In this document: positions 10,750 to 24,571 of the stretch, piece by piece
How positions within the stretch are numbered: position 1 is the stretch's first letter
Layout: each line of letters begins with the position of its first letter
Assembly (NCBI GenBank): GCA_002245135.1
Contig: NGBS01000583.1
Span: 62,001-126,000 of the forward strand
Source: Proteromonas lacertae
Lineage: Eukaryota
Reading direction: 5' to 3'
DNA: 64,000 bases
The notes under the pieces: model-generated
What the model was told of the DNA's origin: nothing
Seen by the model: the letters and a program-made list of their open reading frames with translations, nothing else
Databases searched by the model: none
Program-made: the position numbers and the translations under genes

Positions 10750-12395
10750 ATGGAGAACACCTGTGCCAGTAATTCTACTAAAATCAATGAACTAAAACCT
10801 ATGTCAACAGAATACGCTGTATAATTATTCTTTTACAATCACTAGTCAAGATTATTATCACCTAAATATTATGGAGCTATAAGAACCTCACCAAAAAAGT
10901 GTCAGACACCAAAAGTTGGGTATGAAATTCTATCTATATCGTATATATAGCGAAAGTTGCGATAGATTTATACCGTGCAGATCTTCATCAGAATTAGAAT
11001 CAGCATTCACATTTGACGATTTTGCTCAATCATTTTCACAGTATTATTGTATTTTGTATAATCTCAAATAAGAAATGAATCTTCTACTAACACTACATCA
11101 AAGAATATAACAATTGACGTTGACTCTCCTTACTCATTAATGCTACAATCAGAATTATTAGGCATTGACTCACTTCCTTCAACTCCAATATCAAACACAA
11201 AGTCACACTCATCTGCTACAAATTCATCATATAATAGTCCTCAAACATCACCTAAAAAAATACTTCACTTTTCTCCCAAAACTCCAGAAAGAACAAAATC
11301 ATTTTTTTCTCCAATTAGTAACAATCATTTTATATCATCTCCGCTTGTACCAAATAGAAAAATTCCAACTATTCCATTCAAAATGTTAGATGCTCCTGGT
11401 TTAAAAGATGATTTTTACATCAATGTGTTAGATTGGTCAAAAAATAATATTATTAGTGTTGGACTAGAATCTACAGCATATTTATACAATGCAGTTAATA
11501 ATAATGTATAAATTACATATATATATCTTAAAATAGATAATAGAATTATCAGATTATGAAAATGATTATGTTTCATGTCTAAAATTCAACGGTGAAGGTA
11601 ATCTACTCACAATAGCCACTAATAATGGTAAAATACAAATATGGGATGTTGTTAATACTTCATTAATTAGAGAATATAAGAGTAATGGTTCAATAAATCA
11701 TCGAAGAGTAGGTACATGTAGTTGGTGTGGTGATTCTACGATAGCAACAGGTAGTAAAGATGGTATAATAACAATCAGAGATATACGATGTTCTACTGAT
11801 AATATACATTTATTATATGGACATAGTGATGAAGTGTGTGGTTTAAAATATAGTTATCCAACTCAAAATATCCAATTAGCATCAGGAGGTAATGATAATA
11901 CAGTGTGTATATGGGAACCTAACCATAGTTGTAGACCTATTCATATATTGAAGGATCATACTGCCAGCAATCAAAGCCTTAGACTGGTCACCGCATCAAA
12001 ATGGACTATTAGCTAGTGGAGGTGGTACTGCTGATAAAAAGATAAGATTTTGGAATACTTTTACTGGTAGTTGTTTGAATACAGTTGATAGTGGTAGTCA
12101 AGTATGTAATATATTATGGAGTCCTCATGTTAATGAGTTTATTACTAGTCATGGTTTTACTTATAATCAGTTGAATGTGTGGAAGTATCCCAGTTGTAGT
12201 ACAATTGGTACATTAACAGGGCATAAGTCAAGAGTGTTATTTTTGTCATTATCTCCAGATGGACAATCAGTTGTATCTGGTGCTGGAGATGAAACATTGA
12301 GATTTTGGACAGTATTTCCAGAGAATGTGTTAAAAAGCCAAAATAGACTAAAGAGTCAGAGGTTATTAATTGATAATTCATTGGATATTAGATAA
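10750..12395 (+). CDS. FZR1: APC/C activator Cdh1/Fizzy-related (WD40); +1 frameshift at 11964-11965 in this copy
   Basis: C-box DRFIPCR, Cdh1-type [28 protein letters not shown]40 repeats, [11 protein letters not shown]-terminal IR tail; 4 short introns. Confidence 0.9.
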
Positions 12396-12764
12396 TTATG
12401 TAAAATGTAGTTAAGTTATTTAATTAATTCTTCATATGTGTTTGTTGAATATTATTTTAAAATGTGTTAAAATAGAGATTGTATTGATAAATTTTTTGGG
12501 GGTTTATAACAAATAATATTCTACATATATGTACAGATGATTTTATCTTTTTTATAGTAATATAAATCAGAGATTATCTAATTTTATAATAAAAGGCTTA
12601 AATCGTCCATTTATTATTAAAAAGACGTTTTTATCTATTAAAAAATGACTAGTTCTCGCGATATATGTTTGTACATAATAAATAACCAAACATCAAAAAC
12701 TTATAATTATTATTATGAAAAATCACTACTCAAAAGAATCTTTTATTAGTAATTATTTGGAATA

Positions 12765-13109
12765 ATGTCTGAAACACGTAGTCCTAGTTTTGTAAGTGCC
12801 AATAGTTCTCAAAAACAGTTTGTAAGAAAAGTATTTCACAACCCTTGCCAGTATTGGTACTGTGGTTTATGTGCTTGTGTTACATCCATTTTTTTATTTT
12901 TTTATACCTTATTTGCATTAATATTCACTTCATTATGGTATTTCATCAAAGGTTTATGGAATTGCATAACTTGTAACTGTGATGAAAGTTTTTGTGGCGA
13001 TGAGTTTTTTGGTGAGTGCACAACATCTTGTGATGGTGGCTGTTCATATTTAGGTGAATGTTGTTGCGATTGTTTAGGTTGTGCAACATGCCATCCTAAC
13101 GATGATTGA
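12765..13109 (+). CDS. Small cysteine-rich membrane protein (114 aa), copy 1
   Basis: Intronless ORF with a central hydrophobic segment and Cys-rich acidic tail (GECCCDCLGC). Confidence 0.7.
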   Translation: MSETRSPSFVSANSSQKQFVRKVFHNPCQYWYCGLCACVTSIFLFFYTLFALIFTSLWYFIKGLWNCITCNCDESFCGDEFFGECTTSCDGGCSYLGECCCDCLGCATCHPNDD

Positions 13110-13707
13110 AGTAAATATAAAAAGTTATACATTGTAATGTTTTTATTAATTGTTAGAATGAAGAAACTATTTGTCATAAACACTAACACATATAACTGAA
13201 TGTATAAAAAAATAGGCTTGTTGTAGCTTTATTTTAGTTTTTTTATTTCTTAGTAATAAAAGTAAATGCATATATGTGTGATATACATATAATAAAGGCA
13301 TATATGTAAATAATAGTAAAATATCATTTAAAGCATTGATGTAATATTAAAATACTCCTATTGATGAATAATTATTATATTCATTGTTAATATATTAAAT
13401 TATATAGTATTTATTTCTTATGTTAAGTGTCGTACAAAAAAAATTAATGTGTACACTAACCTTTAATATTGTTCTTATGCAAAAAAAGATGTATATAACA
13501 ATGTTTGATGGTATGAAAATGAAAAGCAAAGTCAGTAACAAAAATGCAGTACGTCTTATTTAAAGCTTATATGAGATTAACAAACAACAAGCTGATGCTA
13601 ATTGTATTAATCCATATGTGAATAGTAGTTAGCATAATGAAATAATAAGAAAGATATAAAAGTAACGAAAATAAAATTCTTTAAAAGATTAGACTAATTA
13701 AAATACT

Positions 13708-16700
13708 ATGATATTGGTGTTTTTATTGTTGTCAGGAGGTATAATATTTTATTTTTAACATTTAGTTTTATGTAGTCCTTGTCTTAAGTTCAGCAATGAG
13801 ATCTATCTCATTTTAGGTAGTGAAGTTGAAGTTTGTTCTCCATTTAGAAATGGTCGATCATGCGCAGTTGATAGAAGTTTGCCAGAAGGTTTGACTCTTA
13901 AAGAAGACTGTAGAATTGTTGGATTTACCAAAATGGCCTGTAGAACAGAATATTTTACACTTAAATCATACAATAATGATAAAATTATGGAAAAGAAGTT
14001 ATTTTCATTAGGTGTTTATGAAAAACTCGAGAAATGTGGTTATTCTGATGGTTCAGGAGTATTTATGTTTCCAAAGGATATAACATCGTCATTATCACCT
14101 CCTAAATGCAATGTGGAAATAGAAAAATGTTATAGTTATGATAAATTACCCAAATTTGTAAAAGTGTATGAAGATGGTTCAATCCTTTTATCAAATCCAA
14201 TAAAATCAGAATTAGGTGTTAATGTGATTTGTTATAATAAAGTGAGTGAATATAAGATGAAGTTGAAAATAAACATTATTGAAGTATCTGAAAATGGTAA
14301 TGATAAAGTTCGCAATCTTCAAAGCAACATAATCCAAAATATTTGGGAATTTTCTAATAATAGACAACCAAATGATATATGGATGATTGGTTTCAGAGAT
14401 AAAAAGAATTGGATAGTAAGTAATTCGTTTCCTCCAAAATCAAAAACAACAAGATATTATCGAAACACATTTACCATTACTAATATAAAAGAAACTGGTC
14501 CTCCATTACTTAAAATAACCTTTAATGATGGAATTCTTATTTATGTAAATGGAAAAGAAATATATAGAAGAAATTTTTTTTCAGGTGGAATAGACACCAC
14601 AACTACATCAAGGAAAAAAGAAAAAAGAAATATGGAAATATCAATTCCTCTAACAGTAATTAAAGAGGGAATTAATTACATTGGAATAGAAGTTCATTCA
14701 TATTTATCCAATCCATTGAATCAAGTTGATTCTCTTTCTTGTACAATAACATTAAGTAATCCAATTACAACTACTCCAACTCAAATATCTACAATTGATA
14801 CAGTCACTCAATATTATCAATCTGCTTCTGGAAAAGAAGTAAAAGAAGTAAAAGATATGAATAACATTTTTTCAATTGGTAGTGGTTATATCGAATATTA
14901 TTTAACTTCATTAGTAGACTCCAATAAAGAATTTGATTGGTTTCCATTCAATATTACTTATTCATTTAATAATAATAAAGCCTTTTATTTCAATCAATTT
15001 AGTATAAGTGGTTGTTCTGATGATGAAGACTATCATCCTAAACATATTAGAATATATGGTTCAACAGATAGTGATGGTATAGAGTGGGAATTACTGTATG
15101 AAAATGAAAATTTAGGGTTGACTGGTAAAAAATGCACAACTATATTATCCAATTCATTACCATCTGATAAATCTTACGAAAGATATAAATTGGAAATAAT
15201 TTCAATTAATGATTTTCCTACTATCACTTCTGCCTATATTAAATTTAAATTATTTGTAGTAAATGTTGAATCATTACCAATGTGTAAAAGTGATTCTTTT
15301 GGATTTTCATCAGTATATGCTGGAGGAACATCTATAGTAGAATGTGGATCAGGATTTATGAAAAGAAAATGTTTATATGCTAGTGTTACTAACACAGCCA
15401 AATGGTCAGATGATATTGATAAGTCAAAATGCTATAATGAAAATGTTTATGTTTCAACCTATCCAAATATAACTAAAACCTATGAATTTGATAAAGAAAT
15501 ATCCTCAATCACACCAAAATCACAATATGTGAGTATTAGTGGAAAAATACTAAAGGTAAATAGTAATATAGAAACAGTTCAAAGATTTGAAGTGATATTG
15601 AGTGATTTAACAGAATATGATGTATATGTAAGTGCTGTAAGAGATGTTGGTAAATGTAGTTATGGAGTTGATAGTATTCGAATTTATCCAATTGAAATAG
15701 ATCTAGAATTGCTATGTTATCATAAACCATCTTATATATCAGTTTATAATCTTCCTACTGGTTTAAATGTAGATAAAAATGGTAGAATATATGGAATGAT
15801 AAGCGATCCAACTGAAAAAGAGGAATATACAACAGTAATTACATATATAATAGATAAAAAATATGAATTAGAGATAAAATGGAATAGAAAAAAAGTAGAA
15901 ATGAGTTGGGGATTAGAATTTGTAAATTTTGCAGAATCTGGCCAAGATGGAATGGATGATAATGGTTACAACTTTCATAACAGTGAATTAAAAGATATTT
16001 GGTCTAAATTTGAAAATGGAAAATATAAAATAGCAACAACAGAAGCATTATATACTACTAATGTTAAAATATCGGATTCAAAAGGTGAATGTCTTAAGTA
16101 TTTATGGAAGACTTGTCAAAATGGTATAGCCAGAATGAGAGGATATGTAAAAATTGATGAAGATGGAGAGTATACATTTTATGGAAAATCTGATAGACAA
16201 AAATTTGCCTTAAAGAATTACGAAGACGAATTATATAATACAAATGGTTTTTTTGAAGAAGGAAGCTATAAAGTTACATTAAAAAAAGGATATTATGCAA
16301 TTGGATATTTATCATGGTATGGTAGTGGATCTAGTGAATTTCAAGCATACCTTCAAAAAACAGGAGGTAATAAAGAATTATTGGATGATAGAATATTCAG
16401 GGGTGGGTTTGTTATTTCTCATTTATCATATAATGTTTTATTTGTTGAGTTAAAAAAGTATGATGATATATTTCTAAAACCAACTTTCAATGGAATTCCG
16501 TCAGAATGGGAAATAAGTCCAGAAATTAAAGGACTGTCAATCAAACCTGATGGAACAATAGAAGGATATACTTATGTCTATAGTAGTGACTATAAAATAG
16601 TGGTAGTAAAATCTGTTAGTAAAATAGATATATGTGAAATTTCTACAGAATTTCAACTTCATCTTTTTGATAAATACAGTATTAATCAAAATGGTTTAAA

Positions 16701-18240
16701 AGTTAAATATTATTATTTTGATGCAATTGATGTAGATAATACAATTAATATCTCTACACTTGATAATAAACATTTTAGATTAGAGAGATTTGAAGAAAAT
16801 ATATATCACGAAAAGAATGATAATTTATGGAATGATTTACCAGAAGAATTGAGTTATTCATTTATAGCTCATTACAGAGGATATTTTAATAATAAACTTT
16901 CAACTAAAAAAAATATTACAATCTCTCTAGAATGTCATGATTATTGTAGATTGAATATTGAAGATAAGTATATAGAGTGTAAAGGATATGGTTATCACAA
17001 AAAATCTGTTGAAATGAATCTAGATAATAGTTTATATGATTTAGAAATAATATATGCAAAAGGAAATGAAGATAAAACAAAATTACTAAAAATTTATTAT
17101 TCTATAGATGATTCTGAAGGAAAAGAAATTCCTGAATCATTATATTTGTTTAACGCAGAATATCCAGTGTTATATAATCCAATTAAGACTCATTACTATA
17201 AAGATGTATTAATCTTAATTCAATCTCCTATCAAATCTAAATCATTTAGTGAAAATATAGCCAATGTAAAATATTCAATTAGTCCTTCACTTCCTCCTGG
17301 AATGAAATTAAATGAAAATGATGGATCAATTGAAGGAATAAGTGAAATAATTGATGAAGATAGAAATTATACAATAAGAATTGATTTTAGGAATAACAAA
17401 CATTTTTATTCTTCATTTTCATTTTCAGTATTACCTAAAATTGAACCAATAATTGAATATCCAATTAATAATATATCCATAAAAGCAGGAGAGAATATTG
17501 AACTTACACCTTCTAACATGAAATGTGAATATATAAATGCTGCTGGTTTACCAGCTGGTATAAATATAGATAAAGATGGAAAAGTTTATGGTATTAGCAA
17601 ATATAGTTTTGATAAAGATGTGGATATGGATTGTTTTACATATAAAAAGAAAAGTGTATCTATTCACATAACAATAATATCTGATGAAACACTACCCCCT
17701 ACCACTATAATACCAACAACAGAAACACCTACGTCTGCTAAGCCAACTATAAAAATGGTTGAATTGTTCTTCTTTATTCACATCAATATTACTACATTAA
17801 CAGCAAATGAAATAAATATAATTGAAGAATCTTTAAAAGCAATATTAGAAAAACTAAACATTGATATGTCAATTACTAAAGTTAAGATTGAAATGATGAA
17901 AAGAAGGATGAGAATATTATCTGAGTATAAGTTAAGAGTCATTATAGAAACACCAGAAACAGAATCTACCAATGTAACATCAACTATAAAATATTTGGCT
18001 GAAAATGAAGGTGAATTACAGAATGAGATAAAGAATAGAGTAGATAAGGATTCTGACTTATATAATTCAAAAATAGAAATTGAGATAGAAAAGAATGATA
18101 CATCACCTCCACCTGAGAATGAAGAAGAAAGTAACAATAATGTAGTGATGATAATAATTATAGTTGTAGCTGTCGTTGTAGTATTAGTATGTTGTGCTAT
18201 TACATGTAGAATTATCAATAGGAAAAATGTGAAAAGATAA
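13708..18240 (+). CDS. Large type I cell-surface protein (about 1500 aa): He_PIG Ig-like repeats, galactose-binding-like and PA14-like domains, PT linker, SEA-like juxtamembrane domain; copy 1
   Basis: ATG 13708 plus a 27-nt intron gives signal peptide MILVFLLLSGVLCS. Repeats of LPxGLx(I/L)xxxGxIxG; PA14-like F(I)AHYRGY...ECHDYCRL; C-terminal TM (VVMIIIIVVAVVVVLVCC) and basic tail. Confidence 0.85.
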
Positions 18241-18393
18241 TATTGTTATAAATAGAAATTGATATCTTATTATTATTATTATTATTATGATAAATTGTAT
18301 TTAAGGTAATCATTCTTCATTAAATGGCTATATTATGGTACATTTATTTTTGAAGAAGAATATTAAAAAATCGAAAACCCTCTAGAAACCCCA

Positions 18394-18420
18394 TGCTCAA
18401 TCGATTGAGCACATGCTCAA
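18394..18420. repeat. Triple short inverted repeat TGCTCAA/TTGAGCA/TGCTCAA in the palindrome spacer
   Basis: Perfect 18-bp palindrome TGCTCAATCGATTGAGCA (18394-18411) overlapping TTGAGCA-CA-TGCTCAA. Confidence 0.9.
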
Positions 18421-18726
18421 ATGTAATCTACCCTTTTTTAATTTCCTTCAATTATAATGACTCTAATGAAATTAAGTACATTTATCAGCAAAACAAAATT
18501 TGTACTAAAATTTTAGTTTAACACAATATTCGTTTATAAAATATGACTTACACAATTTACTATGTAAAATTTTAAAGGCAAAACTTGTACTTTTATTTTT
18601 TTAATATTCTTCTTCAAAAATAAATGTACCATAATATAGCCATTTAATGAAGAATGATTACCTTAAATACAATTTATCATAATAATAATAATAATAATAA
18701 GATATCAATTTCTATTTATAACAATA

Positions 18727-21700
18727 TTATCTTTTCACATTTTTCCTATTGATAATTCTACATGTAATAGCACAACATACTAATACTACAACGACAGCTA
18801 CAACTATAATTATTATCATCACTACATTATTGTTACTTTCTTCTTCATTCTCAGGTGGAGGTGATGTATCATTCTTTTCTATCTCAATTTCTATTTTTGA
18901 ATTATATAAGTCAGAATCCTTATCTACTCTATTCTTTATCTCATTCTGTAATTCACCTTCATTTTCAGCCAAATATTTTATAGTTGATGTTACATTGGTA
19001 GATTCTGTTTCTGGTGTTTCTATAATGACTCTTAACTTATACTCAGATAATATTCTCATCCTTCTTTTCATCATTTCAATCTTAACTTTAGTAATTGACA
19101 TATCAATGTTTAGTTTTTCTAATATTGCTTTTAAAGATTCTTCAATTATATTTATTTCATTTGCTGTTAATGTAGTAATATTGATGTGAATAAAGAAGAA
19201 CAATTCAACCATTTTTATAGTTGGCTTAGCAGACGTAGGTGTTTCTGTTGTTGGTATTATAGTGGTAGGGGGTAGTGTTTCATCAGATATTATTGTTATG
19301 TGAATAGATACACTTTTCTTTTTATATGTAAAACAATCCATATCCACATCTTTATCAAAACTATATTTGCTAATACCATAAACTTTTCCATCTTTATCTA
19401 TATTTATACCAGCTGGTAAACCAGCAGCATTTATATATTCACATTTCATGTTAGAAGGTGTAAGTTCAATATTCTCTCCTGCTTTTATGGATATATTATT
19501 AATTGGATATTCAATTATTGGTTCAATTTTAGGTAATACTGAAAATGAAAATGAAGAATAAAAATGTTTGTTATTCCTAAAATCAATTCTTATTGTATAA
19601 TTTCTATCTTCATCAATTATTTCACTTATTCCTTCAATTGATCCATCATTTTCATTTAATTTCATTCCAGGAGGAAGTGAAGGACTAATTGAATATTTTA
19701 CATTGGCTATATTTTCACTAAATGATTTAGATTTGATAGGAGATTGAATTAAGATTAATACATCTTTATAGTAATGAGTCTTAATTGGATTATATAACAC
19801 TGGATATTCTGCGTTAAACAAATATAATGATTCAGGAATTTCTTTTCCTTCAGAATCATCTATAGAATAATAAATTTTTAGTAATTTTGTTTTATCTTCA
19901 TTTCCTTTTGCATATATTATTTCTAAATCATATAAACTATTATCTAGATTCATTTCAACAGATTTTTTGTGATAACCATATCCTTTACACTCTATATACT
20001 TATCTTCAATATTCAATCTACAATAATCATGACATTCTAGAGAGATTGTAATATTTTTTTTAGTTGAAAGTTTATTATTAAAATATCCTCTGTAATGAGC
20101 TATAAATGAATAACTCAATTCTTCTGGTAAATCATTCCATAAATTATCATTCTTTTCGTGATATATATTTTCTTCAAATCTCTCTAATCTAAAATGTTTA
20201 TTATCAAGTGTAGAGATATTAATTGTATTATCTACATCAATTGCATCAAAATAATAATATTTAACTTTTAAACCATTTTGATTAATACTGTATTTATCAA
20301 AAAGATGAAGTTGAAATTCTGTAGAAATTTCACATATATCTATTTTACTAACAGATTTTACTACCACTATTTTATAGTCACTACTATAGACATAAGTATA
20401 TCCTTCTATTGTTCCATCAGGTTTGATTGACAGTCCTTTAATTTCTGGACTTATTTCCCATTCTGACGGAATTCCATTGAAAGTTGGTTTTAGAAATATA
20501 TCATCATACTTTTTTAACTCAACAAATAAAACATTATATGATAAATGAGAAATAACAAACCCACCCCTGAATATTCTATCATCCAATAATTCTTTATTAC
20601 CTCCTGTTTTTTGAAGGTATGCTTGAAATTCACTAGATCCACTACCATACCATGATAAATATCCAATTGCATAATATCCTTTTTTTAATGTAACTTTATA
20701 GCTTCCTTCTTCAAAAAAACCATTTGTATTATATAATTCGTCTTCGTAATTCTTTAAGGCAAATTTTTGTCTATCAGATTTTCCATAAAATGTATACTCT
20801 CCATCTTCATCAATTTTTACATATCCTCTCATTCTGGCTATACCATTTTGACAAGTCTTCCATAAATACTTAAGACATTCACCTTTTGAATCCGATATTT
20901 TAACATTAGTAGTATATAATGCTTCTGTTGTTGCTATTTTATATTTTCCATTTTCAAATTTAGACCAAATATCTTTTAATTCACTGTTATGAAAGTTGTA
21001 ACCATTATCATCCATTCCATCTTGGCCAGATTCTGCAAAATTTACAAATTCTAATCCCCAACTCATTTCTACTTTTTTTCTATTCCATTTTATCTCTAAT
21101 TCATATTTTTTATCTATTATATATGTAATTACTGTTGTATATTCCTCTTTTTCAGTTGGATCGCTTATCATTCCATATATTCTACCATTTTTATCTACAT
21201 TTAAACCAGTAGGAAGATTATAAACTGATATATAAGATGGTTTATGATAACATAGCAATTCTAGATCTATTTCAATTGGATAAATTCGAATACTATCAAC
21301 TCCATAACTACATTTACCAACATCTCTTACAGCACTTACATATACATCATATTCTGTTAAATCACTCAATATCACTTCAAATCTTTGAACTGTTTCTATA
21401 TTACTATTTACCTTTAGTATTTTTCCACTAATACTCACATATTGTGATTTTGGTGTGATTGAGGATATTTCTTTATCAAATTCATAGGTTTTAGTTATAT
21501 TTGGATAGGTTGAAACATAAACATTTTCATTATAGCATTTTGACTTATCAATATCATCTGACCATTTGGCTGTGTTAGTAACACTAGCATATAAACATTT
21601 TCTTTTCATAAATCCTGATCCACATTCTACTATAGATGTTCCTCCAGCATATACTGATGAAAATCCAAAAGAATCACTTTTACACATTGGTAATGATTCA

Positions 21701-23259
21701 ACATTTACTACAAATAATTTAAATTTAATATAGGCAGAAGTGATAGTAGGAAAATCATTAATTGAAATTATTTCCAATTTATATCTTTCGTAAGATTTAT
21801 CAGATGGTAATGAATTGGATAATATAGTTGTGCATTTTTTACCAGTCAACCCTAAATTTTCATTTTCATACAGTAATTCCCACTCTATACCATCACTATC
21901 TGTTGAACCATATATTCTAATATGTTTAGGATGATAGTCTTCATCATCAGAACAACCACTTATACTAAATTGATTGAAATAAAAGGCTTTATTATTATTA
22001 AATGAATAAGTAATATTGAATGGAAACCAATCAAATTCTTTATTGGAGTCTACTAATGAAGTTAAATAATATTCGATATAACCACTACCAATTGAAAAAA
22101 TGTTATTCATATCTTTTACTTCTTTTACTTCTTTTCCAGAAGCAGATTGATAATATTGAGTGACTGTATCAATTGTAGATATTTGAGTTGGAGTAGTTGT
22201 AATTGGATTACTTAATGTTATTGTACAAGAAAGAGAATCAACTTGATTCAATGGATTGGATAAATATGAATGAACTTCTATTCCAATGTAATTAATTCCC
22301 TCTTTAATTACTGTTAGAGGAATTGATATTTCCATATTTCTTTTTTCTTTTTTCCTTGATGTAGTTGTGGTGTCTATTCCACCTGAAAAAAAATTTCTTC
22401 TATATATTTCTTTTCCATTTACATAAATAAGAATTCCATCATTAAAGGTTATTTTAAGTAATGGAGGACCAGTTTCTTTTATATTAGTAATGGTAAATGT
22501 GTTTCGATAATATCTTGTTGTTTTTGATTTTGGAGGAAACGAATTACTTACTATCCAATTCTTTTTATCTCTGAAACCAATCATCCATATATCATTTGGT
22601 TGTCTATTATTAGAAAATTCCCAAATATTTTGGATTATGTTGCTTTGAAGATTGCGAACTTTATCATTACCATTTTCAGATACTTCAATAATGTTTATTT
22701 TCAACTTCATCTTATATTCACTCACTTTATTATAACAAATCACATTAACACCTAATTCTGATTTTATTGGATTTGATAAAAGGATTGAACCATCTTCATA
22801 CACTTTTACAAATTTGGGTAATTTATCATAACTATAACATTTTTCTATTTCCACATTGCATTTAGGAGGTGATAATGACGATGTTATATCCTTTGGAAAC
22901 ATAAATACTCCTGAACCATCAGAATAACCACATTTCTCGAGTTTTTCATAAACACCTAATGAAAATAACTTCTTTTCCATAATTTTATCATTATTGTATG
23001 ATTTAAGTGTAAAATATTCTGTTCTACAGGCCATTTTGGTAAATCCAACAATTCTACAGTCTTCTTTAAGAGTCAAACCTTCTGGCAAACTTCTATCAAC
23101 TGCGCATGATCGACCATTTCTAAATGGAGAACAAACTTCAACTTCACTACCTAAAATGAGATAGATCTCATTGCTGAACTTAAGACAAGGACTACATAAA
23201 ACTAAATGTTAAAAATAAAATATTATACCTCCTGACAACAATAAAAACACCAATATCAT
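18727..23259 (-). CDS. Large type I cell-surface Ig/PA14 protein, copy 2
   Basis: Same 1453-aa ORF as copy 1, with the mirrored signal-peptide exon. Confidence 0.85.
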
Positions 23260-23857
23260 AGTATTTTAATTAGTCTAATCTTTTAAAGAATTTTATTTTC
23301 GTTACTTTTATATCTTTCTTATTATTTCATTATGCTAACTACTATTCACATATGGATTAATACAATTAGCATCAGCTTGTTGTTTGTTAATCTCATATAA
23401 GCTTTAAATAAGACGTACTGCATTTTTGTTACTGACTTTGCTTTTCATTTTCATACCATCAAACATTGTTATATACATCTTTTTTTTCATAAGAACAATA
23501 TTAAAGGTTAGTGTACACATTAATTTTTTTTGTACGACACTTAACATAAGAAATAAATACTATATAATTTAATATATTAACAATGAATATAATAATTATT
23601 CATCAATAGGAGTATTTTAATATTACATCAATGCTTTAAATGATATTTTACTATTATTTACATATATGCCTTTATTATATGTATATCACACATATATGCA
23701 TTTACTTTTATTACTAAGAAATAAAAAAACTAAAATAAAGCTACAACAAGCCTATTTTTTTATACATTCAGTTATATGTGTTAGTGTTTATGACAAATAG
23801 TTTCTTCATTCTAACAATTAATAAAAACATTACAATGTATAACTTTTTATATTTACT

Positions 23858-24202
23858 TCAATCATCGTTAGGATGGCATGTTGCACAACCTAAACAATCG
23901 CAACAACATTCACCTAAATATGAACAGCCACCATCACAAGATGTTGTGCACTCACCAAAAAACTCATCGCCACAAAAACTTTCATCACAGTTACAAGTTA
24001 TGCAATTCCATAAACCTTTGATGAAATACCATAATGAAGTGAATATTAATGCAAATAAGGTATAAAAAAATAAAAAAATGGATGTAACACAAGCACATAA
24101 ACCACAGTACCAATACTGGCAAGGGTTGTGAAATACTTTTCTTACAAACTGTTTTTGAGAACTATTGGCACTTACAAAACTAGGACTACGTGTTTCAGAC
24201 AT
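23858..24202 (-). CDS. Small cysteine-rich membrane protein, copy 2
   Basis: Identical to 12765-13109. Confidence 0.7.
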   Translation of the reverse strand: MSETRSPSFVSANSSQKQFVRKVFHNPCQYWYCGLCACVTSIFLFFYTLFALIFTSLWYFIKGLWNCITCNCDESFCGDEFFGECTTSCDGGCSYLGECCCDCLGCATCHPNDD

Positions 24203-24571
24203 TATTCCAAATAATTACTAATAAAAGATTCTTTTGAGTAGTGATTTTTCATAATAATAATTATAAGTTTTTGATGTTTGGTTATTTATTATGTACAAAC
24301 ATATATCGCGAGAACTAGTCATTTTTTAATAGATAAAAACGTCTTTTTAATAATAAATGGACGATTTAAGCCTTTTATTATAAAATTAGATAATCTCTGA
24401 TTTATATTACTATAAAAAAGATAAAATCATCTGTACATATATGTAGAATATTATTTGTTATAAACCCCCAAAAAATTTATCAATACAATCTCTATTTTAA
24501 CACATTTTAAAATAATATTCAACAAACACATATGAAGAATTAATTAAATAACTTAACTACATTTTACATAA

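Larger units (their letters stand above)
11716..18370. repeat. Left arm (6655 bp) of a large inverted duplication
   Basis: Reverse complement of 18597-25250. Mirrored ORFs are identical. Differences seen at 11729, 11964/5 and 13480. Confidence 0.97.

Noticed and set aside
12396..12450. Blastocystis-type stop codons created by polyadenylation (TGTTTGTT motif at 12439-12446)
   Set aside because: GU-rich elements follow several genes, but every complete gene I reconstructed has a genomically encoded stop.
13480..13660. Small gene upstream of the surface protein (MFDGMKMKSK...)
   Set aside because: Interrupted by in-frame stops with no convincing splice solution; at most a remnant.
18371..18596. 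Sequencing adapter or telomeric repeat at the palindrome centre
   Set aside because: No recognisable hairpin-adapter sequence, and AAACCC occurs only twice, non-tandem.
17778..19189. Antisense ORFs (146 aa pair, and many similar shadow ORFs across the track)
   Set aside because: They lie opposite well-supported genes, have compositions expected from reverse-strand codon bias, and show no motifs.
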